DNA of 63,960 bases, counting the filler, from Ionaspis alba (taxonomy: Eukaryota): the NCBI GenBank assembly GCA_964255285.1. It is 3 parts of 3 records of this genome, joined end to end, with 100 filler letters (N's around TTAATTAATTAA, not from the genome) between each part and the next. Parts side by side here need not be neighbours in the genome. Positions count along the whole stretch, not along the records: positions 21,673 to 43,235 come from CAXUUL010000221.1; 2 more parts are not named here. One strand, given 5' to 3'. Shown here one piece after another: positions 25,850 to 39,813 of the stretch (position 1 is the stretch's first letter; each line of letters opens with the position of its first letter). The notes under the pieces were generated by a model. That model saw only the letters and a program-made list of their open reading frames with translations, was not told the origin of the DNA and ran no database searches. The position numbers and the translations under genes are program-made.

Positions 25850-26987
25850 TCAGAGGTAGGATTTCAATTGATCCTCAGTCCATTCCCAATACTTCTTCCC
25901 TAGTTCCGGATCCAAGAGGTCTTTGCGTGCAGGCACGTGGCGGCCCCAAGGTTGGACTATCAAGTTTCAGTGTCTGCTTCGGAGATTTGTCATATCCAAC
26001 TTACTCATCACCCCCTCAGTCTCGACCGTGATGTCGGGGGAAAGACCTGCGAAAAGCTCGGTATAAGCTCCGTAGATAGGATCGTACAACATCCAGTTCT
26101 GCGCTGATCAGCTGTTGAATAACAAGGAGTGGTTTTGGGGGCATTATACCATAAACATCAGTTGCAAGCGAGGAACGTGTCTCTGCAAAGGGGTTTTCAG
26201 ATTTCCCGGATTAAGAGCCTGTTTAGTGTCAGCATGAATCGGAATACATTCAATACAACCAAAACCCACAATACTAACGATGCCTTCCTCCTTTGCCCGT
26301 TTTCCAAACTCAACAGCATGTAACACATTCCCTGCCTTGCTCCTTGCGTATTTGTTCCAAGCCCCTTCGTCCTTCTTGTAGTCCATGTTGTTAAAGTCAA
26401 TTGGAGGTTTGGGCGCCATATATACTGCTGAAGAAGACACCCAGATAATACGCACGCTGTTGGCAGGCGCTGTTTTCGCGGTCTGGGCCAATATCGGATG
26501 CATTAGTTTCGCGAAGAAGAAGTGTGCAATGTTGTTGGTTCCAAGTTGGAGCTCATGGCCTTGGGCCGTTTTCGAGCCTTGGGGAGGGATCATCACTCCA
26601 GCATTGAGCCAGAGGACGTCAAGACGCCGTTCCTTGCTGAGGAACTCATCGGCAGATTTCTTGATAGTGGTGAGGTCGTTTAAGTCGAGTAAGAAGAAAT
26701 GAATCTCGCCCTTCGAGTCTGGATGGCGGGATTTGATGGCTTCAATGGTTTTCGACGCTTTTTCTTCCGAGCGAGCGGCGACGTAGACCTTGCCATTTTT
26801 TTGATAGAGTACAGACGCAAGTTGTTCACCAACGCCTGAAGTTGAGCCGGTCACAATGAAGACCTGGAGGAATTAGCACGGAAGCTCCGGAAAGATGAGC
26901 CAAAACGACCTTGCCGCTCTGGTCGCCGATGTTCTTTTCGGTGAGCTTCGGCGGAGGCGGGAACATCATGCTATACATGTTCCCCAT
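25850..26987 (-). CDS. Short-chain dehydrogenase/reductase (retinol dehydrogenase/WWOX-like subgroup); 5 exons
   Basis: 'VFIVTGSTSGVG', 'NAGVM', 'ELQLGTNNIAHF', catalytic 'YARSK', 'LNPGNLKT' and 'GAYTELFAGLSP'. Confidence 0.9.
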
Positions 26988-27998
26988 CCTGGCGACTTTG
27001 ACAACTCCAGAGCTATCGTAGACGATCAGATATTGTAGGCAAATCCGGATTGCGGAAGGGTTTTAGCACGATTAGAATCGCAATTAGTGAGTAGTTATAG
27101 AGCATACGGATGCACAGTATATGAGTCAAAGCCCCACTTCCGAGTGTACGTTGGGTTGACTGGCAGAGTGGAGTGCTTGCTTCGGCTTTAGCCCGGGTAT
27201 TAGACGGCATCGGGAGATCTGCGATGAGTTCCTCGGCGCTGGAACAGGGCTCGGAGTCGCTTACGCAACATAATCCCTGGCGAACCAAGGGCCATCTGGG
27301 GCCACGCAGCCTGGTTTGGAACTGCCTATAGTACATGCTCCAGATAGGAGCCGCGCCAGCTCATCTCGCTACGGATTGTCTTGAGTGTGGGGCGGCAGCG
27401 ATTCCTGTTCTCCCGCCTCGGCCACAGAGTTCATCCGCAGAAAAGCTCGGGATAAGTCGTATGTTCAAGTCTTTCCGATGAATCAGAATAGCATGTTTGG
27501 AGAGAGTCCCATCGAAGCTTCATGCAGGATACCTTCTCCAAAAGGTTTCTGTACCAATCGCCACCACTCAATTCCCTGTGTAGTTAACTGTAGTTCAGCG
27601 CGTGCCGGTCAACAACTCCAATATCCGGAAATGCCATCAGAAATGGTTGCGGCAACTATAGAGACGATCGCCGGCACCTTCACCACAGCTTCCTAGCCAG
27701 CGCGTATGAGTGGAAAGAAGCATTTGACATTTCATCCCGTGGAGCATGAAAGCAAGGCCCAAATCGATAGAAAGACGATTCCATTCGTTAGTTAAAGAGT
27801 GATGATATCTCGATTTGATACAGCTATGTCTTGTGCAATCTACATACGTCTCGGTCATAGCTCATAGCACATTGCTGGAGCACTTTAGTGTCAATGTCAT
27901 AAAGCACCATGGTGCTCGATACTGCCTTCCTTCTCTTCCAGCACAGTAATCATACCTTTCAAATGATCTGAAGCTCAGGTTCGACACACTCTCTGCCG

Positions 27999-28929
27999 TT
28001 ACAGCATAGGGAGAGCCTCGCCGGCACTCTTCCTAATAAATCTTTCGACTACAGTAGGTTGTGACAGGTGCAAGGCGTGGCCGGCATGTACCCTACTTAT
28101 CTCGTTGGTCCCTGCCGTGGCCGCATAGCGTTCTTGAACTTTAGGCGGCAGGGCATTGTCGTTCGTAGCTATGAGATATGACGACGGATAGTCTTCGTAC
28201 GCAGGGTACGTAAGCTTTGACGCAACCGCACTGAGAATTGGATTATCAGCTGCACGGCTCGTTATCTGCATTGACTTTCGGGCGTTACCCTCTAGACTGC
28301 GGCCTCATCCTCGAAGTCCAATACTCAGCATCAGCGTCTGATAGGTCATTGTAGAAGCGACGAGGGGCATCCAAGACAAAAACCATGCCGTCCTATTTAG
28401 TAAGCACTGTGTAGCAATCTTGGGACGTGGATTATCTAACCTTGCATTCAAATCCTGGATAGTTGTCTCCACGCTCGACCTTCCACGTGCTTCCTCCTAT
28501 AGGCAGAACCATGGCTGCTACGAAAATAAGCTTGAGCACCTTGCCCGTACTGTGGCGTCCGTTCGATGCGGCTTCACGCTCCTCTTTCAGGCCTTTCAAT
28601 GCCTCGCAACCGGGAACTCCACCGTAAGAATGCATGACCATCACAACATCCTTGCCAGTGTCCAAGACACTTTTGACGGTATCGCGGATGACCTTGACAT
28701 CATCGTCGAAACTCTCTAGTGGAATACTGGCACCAGATGACGGAAGACTGGGAGCGAAGACGGAGTAACCGGCTCTCTCGAGGCGTGGGATTAGTAAGGT
28801 GAAGCATTCAGGACTCTGCCAGGAACCATGCACAAGGATAATGGTGGGACGGCTGACCCAACCTCGTGTCTGTGGACCAAGGATATGTGCAGCAATTTGG
28901 CCGAAGTTGTGTGAGAAATGTGATGCCAT
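27999..28929 (-). CDS. Alpha/beta hydrolase (methylesterase/Abhydrolase_6-like); 3 exons
   Basis: 'IILVHGSWQSP', 'MHSYGG' nucleophile, 'FYNDLS', 'TNDNALP' and 'AGHALHLSQP'. Introns about 28393-28440 and 28231-28288. Confidence 0.88.
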
Positions 28930-30123
28930 GCCTGCAATGTCTTGCCTGACAAATCTGTCGAAGGTAGGTGTAGAATATGAGAGATAAATTGGCAGTACTG
29001 GTTAGTGAGCAAGCTGTAGATGACAGAAATTGAAAGGAGATGATGTAGATTGAGATCTGGATCTTCAATTCACTGAGATTGTCAGATGATACAGACTCAG
29101 TCAAGGTCACGGGAACGAATGTGAATGTTCGAAAACCAGGGGTGAAATTCACAGGCCGCATGAGGTTCCCAAAACTGTCCGCCACAACAAGGAAAGTACA
29201 ATTAACGAAGCCACGTGCACTCCTTACCTCTTGGAGTGAAGAGGGCTATCTTCTCGCCCAGAGGTAATAAATGTCAAAGTCGGTTTCGGCAGGCGCAGAG
29301 GGATGATTCACGAAACTGTGTAGCCATTGCTGCATCCAATGGCGTTCTCGAATCTCCCGGATAAGCAACGAAGCTGGATATGATGCTCTTATAGCTGGAT
29401 TCGCCATCGTTGCAGCGGAGCGGTAGCCGCAGAACATAGCACTTCTAGTCAGCTTCATGGCCAGATAGTTACATTGAGAGCAACAAGTTGGAATGGCAAG
29501 AATCAGCAATTTTGTTGCAACATGTGTAGACATCGCGGCACTCTGTCGTCGGCTTGAACGATAGTGGACCAATGTGACGTACATAAGTCGTAGGAAGTCG
29601 CGATACTCTCGTGGAGAAATGGGCGAGACCGAGCTAGATTTTAGTGGCATGGCGGTCTGTTTACTTTCCGGTAGTTTCTATTTCGGGGCCCCCTGCTCCT
29701 GAGCTAGCGTCATCCTGCAGGCCCAGTCCCGGCAATCCACTTGCACCGATCGAGCATCACACCAAACATTGAACGAGTCCACGCCAATTCCAAGGAGTGC
29801 TCGGTTGAGACCAGACACAGCTACGATTACCTGGGAATATTTACTTGTATGTTGATAATACTAACTTTGTGATCCAAATGATACCATCTCCTGAGACGAC
29901 ATTCCGATTGATTCGGACCCGGCAAAGGCCCCAGCCTTCCCAGAAACCCCAGCCTCCACCAGCAGTTAGGTGCGACCACTTCTCAGTCAATGCTGCGAAC
30001 ATAGGCTCAACCATGTCTGGGTAAGCTCCAAAAACGTCCCATAGCTCAACAGCTGCACTATCTCGCATTCGTCTGGATCTTGAAGCCGCGAAATTCTCTT
30101 CGCAAACTCTCGAGGCTTCAAAG

Positions 30124-32947
30124 ATGGCTTCTAAATTGGCCAAGTCGGCTATGCCAAGTGCTCACACTGCTGGCATTTATGCTGATATGACTGTCGATGG
30201 TCCGGAGATTGGGACCTTGGTCGTTGTCGTGGATCGGGCGAAGAACTTGCCAAACCGTAAGACAATGGGAAAACAGGATCCCTACTGCGCTGCTCGGCTT
30301 GGAAAGGAAGCAAAGAAGACCGAGACTGATAAACGAGGTGGCCAAACCCCGAAGTGGTGAGTTGCAACGTCCGAATATCCCCTGTGGATCAGTGTTGATT
30401 GTTCTTAGGGACCAAGAACTCCGATTTACTGTCCATGACTCGCCCGATTATCACCAACTGAAGGTCTCTGTGTTCAACGACGACAAAAAGACGGACCTGA
30501 TCGGAGAAACCTGGATACAGCTAGAGAAAGTTGTTGTTCCGGGAGGAGGACAAAATGACCTATGGCACAATCTCAATTGCAAAGGACGATACGCTGGTGA
30601 AATCCGAATTGAGCTTACATACTACGATACCCGACCAAAAGAGCCGGTAGAACTACCTGCGCACTCCTCGGTTTTAGGTGCACAAGGACGGGATCATGAA
30701 AATGTCGGCGGACCAAGACAGCCGAACCACTTCAAGCGGAGACCGTTGCCTGCAGATCCGGTATCAGCAGGATCAACGCCTTCGCGGCCACTGATACCCG
30801 ATCACGCACAGTCGTCACCTTTGCCATATACTCCTCCACATCCAAATTTCCAGAACCACATAGCTGCTCCTGTACCTCGTTCCCCGCACGGTCCTATTGA
30901 GATCGAGAATCAGGCACCTCTGAGACGGCAACAGAACGACTACGCAGGCCTCGAAGTCGCTCCACATGACGTGAAGTATGGCTTCGAACACCACAGCTCC
31001 GGCGCTTCCGGATCTTTTAATTTGAGTTCGATCCCTGCCCGCGACGAGCAAGAGTTACCGCCTATGAAAGAGCACTACAATCTCGAAGCTGGCTTCGCTT
31101 CGCATCCATCAACACACCAACACGGATCCCTTGAGCAGCGGTCACCTTACTCTGCAGGCTTCCAGGCCAATGGAATACCAGTCCATCAAGATTCGTATCA
31201 AGATCAACATCAGCAAGTGATAGATCTTCCCCAGTTACCCCCGTCCAATTCGAGACATGCAAGACCAAGCATTCAGCCATTGAGCAACCAATTCACGCAA
31301 GACACGTCTTTTCGCCCAAGCCCGCCAGTACGGCTTCCGCAGGCTCATTCGATGCCAGACATTCCTCAGCAAGGACGACCTCTACTGGAAGATAAGAGCT
31401 ATCCGGATTTTCCCCCAGCTCGAAATGCTCGATACCAAGAAACTCCTGTGCATCAACGGCCACTGGAGAATGAGTACAACCATCAGCCCTCATCACAAAA
31501 CGTTCCGACTGACGAGGGACCGCCACCTCCACCTCCAGCCCATAGGAGTAGTGGTATAAGTCCTTCAAGCTATCATGACGACTATGAGCGTCGCCAAACA
31601 TATCCCCAGGTCTCTGTCCCAGCCCCTTTGAATATAAGACACAACAAGTCCGGTGGTTCTCCAAGTCCACTTTTCCAAAGTCATTCCCAAAGTGCCGAAG
31701 GAGAATATCTGCCGTCAATATCCCCAACCAACGCACTGCTTCAGTTTCGATCTGCGCCCCCAATCGCTCACCAAGCAACGTATCCTCCGCCTGGCAGATT
31801 CCAGTCCCAACAACCGGAAGCTTACCCGCTCAACTGCCAGTACAGTCAGTCAACACCTCCAAGTCTCTTGGCAGGCTACGATTCGAATGCTGCACCTATC
31901 AGACAAGAACGCATGGATCGTGAAAGCAGCCCGCGTGGTACTACTTTACAGAACAACGGCTATGCTCCGATTCATATTAGATCAGCACATACTGGGTCTC
32001 TCACCCAGGACGGTTCTTTCGCACCCGATCATCGACAGTCCGACCCCATGATGCAGCGTGTTCCTCGAGATCCATATGTTCCCATCGATTCTAATGGCCC
32101 ACTTCGACAGCACCGTGCCTCGGTACCGAATATCAAGCCGAGAGGAATTAGTCCGGATCCTCGCACTCCAATGCGAAAGTCTGTTAGTCCTCAGCCAGGA
32201 CGTGGACCTGGAGGAATCAGTCCGTCAGCTGTGCCCTTCTCACCAGATTCTTATGATACATTCAATCCAAATCTGAAGTCGTCTTCTAGCAATAACAAAC
32301 TGGGTTCGAAGTACAATACTCCTGAGCAAAGCAAAGACACCTATCGACAACAGCAGGAAGAGGAAAAGCCGGATGATGGACCGATAATTGGGAATGATGG
32401 TAGAGTCATCGACCCATCGGATCACCTACCAACCAGTACCTGGGCACCAGAACCAGAAGTCAAGCCGCCGCGGAAGGGGCCTGAGATCAAATTTCGCTTC
32501 AGACAAAGTCCGCAAGGCGCTCAACCCATGCCGAATTCGAGTCCTCGACCGCCTCGTGAGACGGTCATTCGCCCTCATCTAGCATCTACTACCCCTCATG
32601 CGTACTCTGCCGACAACATCTCTCCTACTGCAGCAGCTCGCAATCGGCTGCAGAAGAAGACTCGAGCATCCCCAACGCACTACTCTTCCAGCCCTGCTCT
32701 TCCCACCACGAACGATTCTCCGTCAATGAATTCCCCGCTGCGGGAACATGTCAACTATGGTCATGGAAGCAGTCCGATGTACCCAAGAAGCTCTCCTTCT
32801 GGCCCGCCTCCTGTTCCTGCAAAGATACCTGTGGACAGAGGTCAGGAGGATTGGGGATCTCATGCTCTGAGCGAAGAGATGAGTAGGATCGATATTGGTG
32901 TCGGGTCTGGGAATAGCAGGGTCCGACGGAGCAGATATGGACCTTGA
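30124..32947 (+). CDS. C2-domain cytokinesis/ingression protein (Inn1/Fic1-like) with Pro-rich tail; 2 exons
   Basis: C2 domain 'GTLVVVVDRAKNLPNRKTMGKQDPYCAARLGKEAKKT…GGQTPKW|DQELRF…GEIRIELTYYD', many PxxP motifs and C-terminal 'DPSDHLPTSTWAPEPE'. Intron about 30357-30408. Confidence 0.8.
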
Positions 32948-33910
32948 TCACAAGTGCTCGTTGACTCTCGGAGTAAGGGGCTGAGACTACTATAATACAA
33001 GCCTTGCGGTAGCGTTCACAGGCTGTCTGGTTTGGGGGAATATACAATTACATCATACGAACGAAGATATGGATGCATTTCGGGATGGCCGTGGATCAGT
33101 ACATAATTTTGCCTCTTCATCCGTTACTTTCGGAGGATCTCTACATGTCGGCATTGTGGCTNNNNNNNNNNNNNNNNNNNNNNNNNNNNNNNNNNNNNNN
33201 NNNNNNNNNNNNNNNNNNNNNNNNNNNNNNNNNNNNNNNNNNNNNNNNNNNNNNNNNNNNNCTTGTAAAGGTTGTGGCAGACCTGTCGCTAAACTCACAG
33301 TGGCTTGCATCTGCTTGGCGATCTGCCAAGACGCTAAGGGGTAGCTTTTGGATTCAAACACCTAAAGTCGAACATTTTCACCATCCAAAGTCTTGCAGCC
33401 GTTGTCGATGGTCGATCGTGTGATGGTCGTTGTTATGGGCACAGCGATGCTCCACGACTATCTGAGTCCCAGCTTGGTTGATTACATACGAAGCATGCCT
33501 CCATGAAGTGGCTAGGCGCCCTTTTTTGAGATACTCAGCGCTGATTGGCCAGTATTGTCTCCTGTTTTGAGGTATCTTACTGCTCTTTGATCATTCTGCA
33601 AATGTGCAGTGAGTCAAGCTATTACAATGGACTGCGCGAGCAAACTACGAGTGTATGGCTGCTGACTGGTCGTCATGTTAGGCAACGCGATGATCTCGAG
33701 GGCAAAGGACCAGGCGGATGGCACTAGCCCCATATCACCGATCCTTAAGCGAAGACATATAAACCGCGGGTTCTCCCACCTCTTTCCCACCCTGAGACCC
33801 CCGCCTGCTGCCCTCAACATCGCGCAACATCAACCACACTCGACTCCAACTTGTCGCACCTCATTCGAAAGTTCATTGACCTGCCTATCAATCCATACCC
33901 ATCAATCAAA

Positions 33911-35245
33911 ATGCCTCCCAAGAAAGCAGTCGCAGCTGCGTCGCAGAAGAAGGCTGCTGCCGCCCCGACTCATGCATCGTACAAAGGTTCGTATCTACTG
34001 CTGGCACCCACAAAAGGCTGTCGCATTTGTTTCCACTGGGTTCTCTCATAATCGCAAGCCTTAGCTGACGCGTTTCCTTAGATATGATCAAGGATGCTAT
34101 CCTCAATGTGAGTTCGCGCGATCACATGCAATGTTGATGTTTTCCGTCGATGGTGGTCTGTCGCTTTGCGCCCAGCGACCGAGAGAGCTTCATCCACATC
34201 CACTCGAATCGTTCTCCGAGCAGCGCGATGGCTGACGCGTAGATATTGCACACAGCTTAAAGAACGCAAAGGAAGCAGGTGAGCAAAACCTCGCGATGAT
34301 TCGCAAATCCATTGTCTTGTTTTCACCCGCCAAGGTCGCCTCCCCTCCACCTCTCAGCTGACTTGTGTACTTCATCTAGCCGTCAAGCCATCAAAAAGTA
34401 CATTCTTGCCAACAACAAGACCAATGCTGCCACTCCTGCCGTCTTCGACAACCAATTCAACAAGGCGCTCCGAACAGGTGTTGAGAAGGGAGATTTCGAG
34501 CAGCCAAAAGGTAAGCTATATCCTTTCTTTATACGCTCTAGTGCCTCTCTTGCCTTCTCTTGCCCTTATCGTGATGTACTTGACCTCGTAGAAGGTCTAC
34601 TTTTGCTATTCTCTCGTTGTCTCCATGTACTGGGTTCCTCTTGGGTTTCTACGTGTACTTGCATAATTGCTTGCAACAACTACTGACTCTGTATCTCAGG
34701 TACTTCTGGGCCGGTGAAGCTTGCAAAGAAAGAGGCTGCCGTTAAGTCTGAGACTAAGCCTGCCGCTGCTGCTGCCAAATCCGACGCTCCCAAGGTATGT
34801 ACCACCACTTTCACCTAATAGTTTGCGAGTCGCTGATAGAGTTCTTTTCAGAAATCCACCACTACCAAAGCTCCCAAGAAAGCTGCCGCACCAAAGAAGA
34901 CCGCCACTAAAGACAAAGCCAAAGCTCCTGCTACAAAGAAGGCTGCCGCCCCTAAGAAGACCGCAGCTGCGAAGCCAAAAGCTAACACTGCCACCAAGCG
35001 CAAAGCCCCAGCAGCGGTATGGCGTCTCTTGCGTCTCCTTCATTTGCTTCTGCTAACGCTTATCCAAGGCTCCTGCTGTCGTCGAGGTGCCCAAGGTGCT
35101 CGGCAAGACCAAATCAGGCCGCGTCACCAAGACCACTGCCAAGCCAGACGGCGCGGCAAAGAAAGCAACTGGCACCAAGAAAGCCGCTGCTCCAAAGAAA
35201 GCGGCAACGCCTAAGAAGAAAGCTGCAGCAGCAGAAGCTTCATAG
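33911..35245 (+). CDS. hho1: Linker histone H1; 7 exons including 26- and 23-nt micro-exons
   Basis: Spliced product MPPKKA…HASYK|DMIKDAILN|LKERKGS|SRQAIKKYILANN…FNKALRTGVEKGDFEQPK|GTSGPVKLAKK followed by a Lys/Ala/Pro-rich tail. All six introns are GT-AG. Confidence 0.95.
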
Positions 35246-36461
35246 GTCAATCTACCTCTGCATGCGTTCTTCTAGGGCTTTCTGGGACATGGGTGTGTGC
35301 ACGGAGTTGTGTAATCTCAGGGCCATGGTGGCGTGCTAGCAGGGCTTGCGAGATATCCCGGGGCTTTTTCTTTGTTGTCATGAACGGATGCACCTGAAGA
35401 GTGGTGCACAATGGCTTTCACTGGCGTTTTAGGATGTGGATTCGCAGCCAGCTTGTATTCATACTGTCGTAGAGCAAATGCCATACAAATTTCTCCAATG
35501 CTCAGCCCTTACTGTGGTCTAATACGCTCTAAAAACGTAGAGTCTGGTAGTTGCAGATAAACAAACACAAGCGCTTTTCTTCGGCCTTGGTTATATTTTG
35601 AGACCGGTGCCGATTCGGATTGCGCTTCTACCAGCACACGAGATTCTGATCAATTTTGCTGGGGACCACGAAATATGTGAGTTCGCTTAACGACAAGCCG
35701 GCGTGTTGCGACACCTGTTGCTGGAAGCTGGTGCTATACCTCAAAGGCATCAGGAAGCTCTAAGGGTATTAAAGGAGGCCTCTTTTAGCGTTCACTCGGA
35801 CATGTGATTTCCCAAATTGGTTCTCATGGACTGTGTCCTTTCTGTTCCATGTAACGAACGACATAGTGATTGCGGATTGGAATCTCGCTTTACTAGCGGT
35901 CAGTAATCATTGATCCTACTTCCTAGGATTCTGGCCTTTAGCCAAGTGCTGCAAACTTTCCTGCGGCATTATTGATGTATTTCCAGCTTCGGACTTTAGG
36001 GCTGCGGGCACCGCTCAAACGTCAGCACGTATTGCCAAGCACCGGTCGGTCTTTCCGCCCCGAGGGTCCGGAACCTTGGAGGAAATCAACGCAAGCCATC
36101 ACTGGCTGAGTTTGTTTGGCAAGCATTGTTTAAGACAGTTCGACTCTGTTTCGCGCTCTACTATCTTCACGATCCCATTCTTCCCGGATAGCTGCATCTT
36201 TCTTGGTGACGAAACAGAAGCGTATCTGCACCAAGATTGAAGTGTCAGGTGCTTCCCGACAACGCTGCGTTGGCGGTGTCACCGAGTGCTTCTTCAATGA
36301 TAGGACGAAAGGGACCAATGACTATTCCCTTGACAGCTTAATCGAGCTGTATCATGTGGTCGCACCATCTCCTGAGACTGGCATAAGGATTTACAAAGAC
36401 TTGCAGTATCCTCTTCTCAAGCCGCCGGGCTTGGGTGACTGAATTGAGCTCTCGAGAGATA

Positions 36462-39278
36462 ATGCCATCAATTCTCTCCGACTTTCAGAGCGAGCCAGTC
36501 AATCTAGACGCCAGTGAATCTTCACTGTACGAGCCACCACATCGACCTTCCAATGAGAAACACTCCTCGCACTCGGGAAGCCTAGCCGACAATCGCTCCG
36601 CGTCCCCAGCTGCGAGCAATGTTCTAGATGGAGCGTCAAACAAGAAGCAAGCGAACGGCGTCATCGCGGGAGGATCTTACATCGTCAACGCTAGCTTACA
36701 CTCTTTGCCAAATGGTCGTTCAAGCGGAAGTGCGCATAGCCGCGATCGAGTACATTCCCGCGAGGGAAGCAACTTTTCGGTGACCAGTGGTTCTGGAGGT
36801 GGGGCAGGAGAGAACGGGAGAAAGAGTCCTGGAGCTACCAACGCCCTGCCCAAACCTGGCGCCATGGACCTGACACAATCGAAACAGGAGATCAATGGTC
36901 ATATCACACATCCCCTAAAGATTGTTCCGAGCAGAGATGGTGCAACGAGCCCCGATAAGCAACTCACCCAACTCAGGGCAAGTACCCCAACCACCCCTAC
37001 GAGTCGACATCGTCGAGCAGCCTCCGCCAGCAATCCTCAATTGGTCTCAACTCTTCCAAAGTCGATCCCAGAACCGAACAAAAATGAAGCTGGTCCACGA
37101 GAACTCGATCGGATTTCCTCTCCATTAGCCAATCCAGCATCAAGCGCAATTCATACTAATTCCAACTCCACCGTGAAACATTCCGGTGCCCCGAGGTTAC
37201 TACATCGACATACATTGCAGGTCCCAAAGGTCAGCGGAAGTCGAGGATCACGAGACTTCTCGTGGAGCAATCCCGAGGCCTCGGATGACGCATTCACGAG
37301 CAGCACTTCACCAACCACAGCCGCGGCTAGGCGGGGATCGCTGAGTCTTATGCGAAGAACTACAAGGTCTGTGCACTCAGACATGTACCTGGATGAGATA
37401 CCACAGGATGGAGAAATGGCGAGGTGGACAGAAACCGTACGGCAGAAAAGAGCCTCGAGAAGGAAGAGAAAGGAAGAGGAGGAAGATGATAGAGTCATGG
37501 TTGGCACGAAGGTCGATGTACATCATGTGAACTGGGTTACGGCCTATAACATGCTTACAGGCATCCGCTTTACTGTTTCGAGGACAAATGCAAAACTGGA
37601 CCGAGACTTGACCGATCAGGACTTCGATGCTCGACATAAGTTCTCTTTCGACATCACTGGAAATGAGTTGACGCCATCAGCGAAGTACGACTTCAAGTTC
37701 AAAGATTACGCCCCATGGGTATTTCGTCACCTGCGGGCTAAATTTGGACTCGACCCAGCCGACTACTTGATCTCTTTGACCAGCAAGTACATCCTATCAG
37801 AGCTAGGCTCTCCTGGCAAAAGCGGCAGTTTCTTCTACTTCTCACGGGATTACAAGTACATAATCAAGACAATTCACCACGCAGAGCATAAGCTACTGAG
37901 AAAGATACTGCGCGACTACTATGCACATATCGAAAAGAACCCAAATACGCTGATCTCGCAATTTTACGGTCTTCATCGTGTAAAGATTCCCTATGGACGG
38001 AAGATCCATTTCGTGGTAATGAACAACCTCTTCCCTCCACATCGAGACATCCATCAGACATTCGACCTCAAAGGCTCTACCATTGGAAGGGATTTCAAAG
38101 AAGAAGAGCTGGAGAAAAATCCGCGAGCTACACTAAAAGACCTGAATTGGTTACGACGCAACTATCACCTAGAATTTGGGCCCGAAAAGAAGGAGCTTTT
38201 CATCGCGCAGATGGAGCGGGACGTCGCTCTTCTACAGAAACTCAAGATTATGGATTATTCACTGCTAGTTGGAATTCATGATCTAACCAAGGGAAACGAG
38301 GAGAACTTGAGAGATAAAACCCTTCAGGTCTTTCACCCTGGTGGAGAGCGTGGCGAGGAACCGCAACCAAGCGTCCTGACTCGTACTCCTTCGAAACTTG
38401 AGAATGCCCGGAAAGCTAGAGAACTACGACAGATAATCAAGCGCGAGAAGCCGGTGCCAATGGACAAGAGTACACTGCAAATGCCGGATGAGATGGTTGA
38501 ACCAAGGAACAACTTCCTTTTCTATAGTGATGATGGTGGATTCAGGGCGACTCATGAAGATGGCTCGCCCGGCGAAGAGATATACTATCTAGGAATCATC
38601 GATTGTCTCACCCATGTAAGTTTGTGCCTCCTCGCAACCGGAGCCGGGACTAAACAAAGATTCTAGTATGGTTTTGTCAAAAAAGCCGAGCATCTCTGGA
38701 AAGGCATGAGGGACAACAAATCCCAGATCTCACCAATCCCACCAGAAGGCTACGGGGACCGCTTCATCAAATTCATCACCGGTATCACCATGACTCGTGA
38801 AGAGGCCGAAAGACAAAGCTACGATCAGCTCGATGGGTCTGTCAATCCACGATCTAGCCACCATCTATCCCGCACCTCGACCGACAAGGTCATGGAGAAG
38901 GCCGAGAAGCAGGCTCGGAAGACGGAAGAGCGAGGAGCATCGGAAGGAGATGCGCCCAGCCGGACGATAAGCGTTGCTCGAAGCCCTTCGGCTGAGAGGA
39001 CCAACGGCATCGGTGGCTCCACGTTACCTGTTCTTGAAGAGGTTGGAGAAGGTGGTAGTACGGGAGAACGCAGCGCGAGGAGTCAGGAGAGAGACGAGAT
39101 TCGACTCGTGGGCTCGGACTCGGAGAAAGTCAGCTCTTCAATGCTGGATGGCAGCATACCGCCACCTACTCCGAAAGGTGTCAAATCACTCAATAAGAAC
39201 CTTCCCTCTCTACCTCCTCTTCAATTCTCGGAGTCACCGACTATGATGAGTCCGAAGCGGACCCCGATTGATCTATAG
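36462..39278 (+). CDS. MSS4: Phosphatidylinositol-4-phosphate 5-kinase (Mss4/Its3); 2 exons
   Basis: 'FKFKDYAPWVFRHLR', 'ELGSPGKSGSFFYFSRDYKYIIKT', 'FDLKGST', 'IMDYSLLVGIH' and 'YYLGIIDCLTH|Y'. Intron 38616-38666. Confidence 0.95.
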
Positions 39279-39710
39279 TACCTATATCTACATTACGAGC
39301 ATTTGTTTTGCTCTTTGCATGGCGAGGGGAGCGCAGCGCAGGGTTGGTTTCCTTTTGGTTGTTGTTCTGGTGATACCCAAGCATGACAATGGTCGGCGTG
39401 TGGAAGAGGATGGCTGATGAGGAGCTTTGGCGGCGCTTGCTGCTGTTATATGGACTGAAGTGCCGGCGAATTGCTTCGTGGACTCGAGATTTGTGGTTCC
39501 GCTGTACATAGTCGCAGCGCATCGGGATGGTTGGGAATTAGAGGCGATCTATCTAATTGACGTATTCTGGTGTGAATGTCTTGTTGGCTTGTTCATTGTA
39601 GCACAGTTTCTATGAATGATCAACTTCATGCAGCATTGTTTTATCAATCCTCGGTCATTGTTCAATTGTGCAAGTCCTGAATACCTCGGAACGCCAAGCC
39701 CCGAACACGA

Positions 39711-39729
39711 CCGCGTCCCGTCGCGTCCC
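39711..39729. promoter_or_regulatory. Tandem MCB-like CGCGT cores upstream of ECO1
   Basis: CCGCGTCCCG-TCGCGTCCC: two ACGCG cores on the minus strand with 10-bp spacing, about 90-100 bp upstream of the ECO1 ATG. Confidence 0.5.
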
Positions 39730-39813
39730 ACTGACACTCGGCCCATTTCTCTCGAATAAACATCGCAAGCTCCAAGATCTGATTTCGATATCTTCAACAC
39801 CGGTACCGCAACC

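Noticed and set aside
34107..34379. Possible stwintron or intronic snoRNA around the histone H1 micro-exons
   Set aside because: Standard GT-AG splicing yields a complete H1 globular domain, and no convincing C/D boxes or nested splice sites were seen.
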